From Guillardia theta CCMP2712 (lineage: Eukaryota > Protista > Cryptophyta): a DNA stretch of 34,990 nt. The notes below the pieces were generated by a model. The model searched no databases. It had not been told where the DNA came from and saw only the letters and a list, made by a program, of their open reading frames with translations. Each line of letters begins with the position of its first letter. Positions within the stretch are counted from its first letter, which is position 1. Position numbers and translations under genes: made by a program. The DNA lies in contig NW_005434553.1 in NCBI RefSeq assembly GCF_000315625.1, positions 45,471-80,460 on the forward strand, written 5' to 3'. Below, piece by piece: positions 25,050 to 34,990 of this stretch.

Positions 25050-26865
25050 TTGGTGGGGTTGGCAAACCTATGGGGTGGGGTGTTCAAATAGCAGGGTACA
25101 GGTGACCAGCAAGGTCACAGTCCGGTAGGGTCATCGATTGCTGGGGGTGGTCTAGTGAAGATCAGGGTGATGGCCTTAATTTACATAGGGTGGTGATAGG
25201 ATAAAGGATGGGTGGATGAACGCTGGAGATGGTGGTCTCACACAAGGGTGGACTACATTGCTTATTTGGTAGGTAGTGACCACGTGAATCAGATGGTGGG
25301 TGGTTGAAATAGTGGGGTGGGGTGGAACAGATCAAAAGTAGGGATGCAAGCTATTGGGGAATGTGGAGAGACCCGGAAGTAGGTAGGGTCATCCATTGGT
25401 AGGGGTGGTGAGAATAGGTAGTTGTCTAGGGTACACAAGGGGTGATAAAGGCAAGATGGACAAGGGAGGGTAGTAAACGGAGACCGTAAAAAGAGGTAGT
25501 GACAATATGATAGGGTGGGTGGGGGTAATTGAAGGTGGGTGGTAATAGTAAATTTGGAGAGGTTAGAAGATGGCTTTAATGGGGTGGGTCCTGAAAATAG
25601 GGGTCATTTCACTGCCATAAGTTGTTTGCCAGGGTAGATGGGATAGAGGGTGGGTACTTGAGATCAATAAGGAGGGGACGGTAGATGTGCATAAACGATA
25701 GGGGTGATTACGAAATTGGAGTATGTAGGGTACTTCATTGGGGAGGGTGGGGGTTATCAGACAGATACATGTGGTAGGGTGGGAGCCGCTTCCTTGTGGC
25801 TCTGCAGAGGGTCTATAAATTGATTTTATTATAGTATATTGTATTTTGATCGTAGGGAAAATCTGTGTAATAACAATATAAGAGCATGAATAATTCATAA
25901 ACAACAATTGAAGCAATTAAGAACGTGCAGGGTTTGGACTCACCACAGGTCCCGGCGAAAGGCAAAGGATGTCGAGGGGGTAGAGGAGTGGCCGAAGGGT
26001 GGTAGGGTCCTGAGTGTGGCATAACCGCGACGGGTCGCTTTGGACCTCGGAGGGTCGTTAGTTTTAATATTAAATTAGTTTTTACATTTTCTTGATTGAT
26101 AAATTTAAATATATATATTATTGATTGGGACAAAAACACAATTTTGAGCTATAAAACATAAATAGCTCTATAAAACTCTTGGAAGAGTACAAGAGATTGT
26201 TGGAATAAAACCCTAATAAACTTCTAGCCAGGCTCCCGCCGCCCGGCTCCGGCTGAGTGCCGCGGCCAGGGCTGGCACTCAGTGACTGGCCGGGCCTCCG
26301 AGTTCATGCACTGCTCAAAACTGAGTTGCGCCGGGGGCCGGCCTCCGACAGTCACTGTGGGACTCAGTGACTCGGGACCGTCACGCTTCACTGCGCCGTT
26401 CACGGTTCAACTTTGGCCTTATTTACTCACTTGAAGTTAAGTTAAAGATCAGTACGAGGACAATCAGGAGAGTCGTCGGACTCGGCGAGGAGGCTTGACC
26501 CTGGCCGACTCGCACTCTGTCGCGCCAGGCCAAACGGCGAGGAGAGAAAAGACCGTCTCAGGACAGCGCTCGGAGAACCAAACCTAATCCGACTGAGGCT
26601 GCCACGGCCAACAGTGCCAGGCTGTCCCGAGTCCGGGCCCCCAAACTTAACTCAGTGAATTTGGCACGGTTCACCCGGTGACCGGGGCAGCCGCTTGGCG
26701 CGGCCCGGCGGGCCGCCGGGACTGAGCCTCGGAGTGTTCGGGCACCGAGCCGGTGACTCGGTAGCCTAGTACGGCACTCAGACGGTCATTCGGGGCCCGG
26801 GGCCCAGATACGCCTGTTGCCAACCCGGCTGCTACTGTACGAGCTTTCTAGGCCCCTGGTGCTAG
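25050..26865 (-). other. Non-coding composite element, copy B (inverted relative to A): GGGT field (25050-26020, interrupted by AT patch 25815-25920), AT patch (26060-26225), palindromic GC mosaic (26226-26865)
   Basis: More than 30 GGGT against 1 ACCC in 25050-25812 by hand count; the mosaic shares its word vocabulary with 11606-12095. Confidence 0.6.
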
Positions 26866-27850
26866 GAAGTGTATAGGAGTTAAAAATAGAGGGATCTCTT
26901 TACTCAAAGTGAAGGATCTGGTCTTACCTTCGGTCTACCCCCTTTTCGGATGATGATGAGGGGGGTGGGGGGCCCATGAGTGACTTTTTCTTTGTTTGCT
27001 GATGGGCGCGATGGGGTTTTGTGGCAGAGGGAGCGAGTAGAGGAAGAGAGGAGGAGGGAGGGAGAGAGTCAGGTGGGAGCGGGCAAGAGAGGGAGGCAAG
27101 TGAGAGGAGACTTCAGCCTCAGGCTTTGTAAGGGAAAACAGTGATCTTATTCGTAGGAAGTGAGATAGCCTCTACAAAGACGATTGGGATCGCCTGCAAG
27201 AAATAGGGGACGAAGGAGGCCGGGATATTGAATGGCGGAATTTTCAGAGAAGGTTGTGAGCCTTGGAGGTCAGATCAAAGCAGAACAGGGTGTGAAAAGT
27301 TCCTGCCAGTGCGATAGAACTCGGGTCAATGGTCTTGGGTACTTAGTTGCAGTGAGCAAACGGTGATCTGTTTCCATAAATGATCAACCACGCAATCAAG
27401 CATGAATGCAAAAGTATGCTTTGTGAGTCCTTTTGAATCGTATGGCAGATAGTATGAAGTCAGGTTGATGAAAGCAGATGGAAGAGGATCAGGAATAGGG
27501 AGCTTAGGATCCATGGCAAATAAGATATTTACTGCTGACTCCCGAAACTATCCTGATTCTTAGACTCTCGAGAGATTCCGTCATGAGTTACTTTTATTAA
27601 TCATGTCTTGAAGAAACTTCCAATATCCTCTGATTCCTCCTGCAAGAATTAGCAACCAAGACTTCGATATGGTTTGTTGGGCAAGTAATGTTTAGGTAAT
27701 GGCAGGGGAACGAGGAGCGAGAAAGAGATATCATGATAAAAATCAATAACACAAGAGATTCCCTTTGGGGCGTGACTAATGGATGACAGCTGAAGCAGTT
27801 GATGAGGGGAAGTCAAGTCAAGGAGAAGGAATACTGCTCCTCTGCGTCAG

Positions 27851-34960
<7,110 letters not shown>

Positions 34961-34990
34961 CAGCATTCACAACTTGAGCAACTTCATTTC

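Noticed and set aside
26208-26216. Telo-box AAACCCTAA
   Set aside because: A single copy in AT-rich DNA is compatible with chance.
25050-26865. Classical DNA transposon or LTR element
   Set aside because: I found no terminal inverted repeats, LTRs, target-site duplication or transposase/RT coding remnants by eye, so it is kept as an unclassified element.

Overview
Eukaryotic nuclear DNA, gene-dense, with many short (about 45-60 nt) spliceosomal introns, abundant microsatellites and three N gaps. The style suggests a cryptophyte alga such as Guillardia theta (inference, not verified). Hand-splicing gives six genes: (1) a mitochondrial carrier of the amino-acid/carnitine type (minus strand, runs off the left edge); (2) a secreted Kelch + F-type lectin + EGF protein whose small 3' exons, not recognisable in the ORF track, splice into a Hedgehog-type Hog (Hint + sterol-recognition) autoprocessing domain; (3) a coiled-coil protein with Sfi1-like Trp repeats; (4) a cyclic-nucleotide-binding-domain protein; (5) a fused NAD(P)H-dependent glutamate synthase (GLT1) with about 36 introns; (6) a large protein with a CEP164-like WW module and C-terminal hydrophobic helices. 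The best finding is the Hog-tailed lectin. Second is a three-part non-coding element (palindromic GC mosaic, AT patch, strand-biased ACCC/GGGT field) present twice, each time in the same orientation relative to the next gene. All gene models and motif counts were done by eye.
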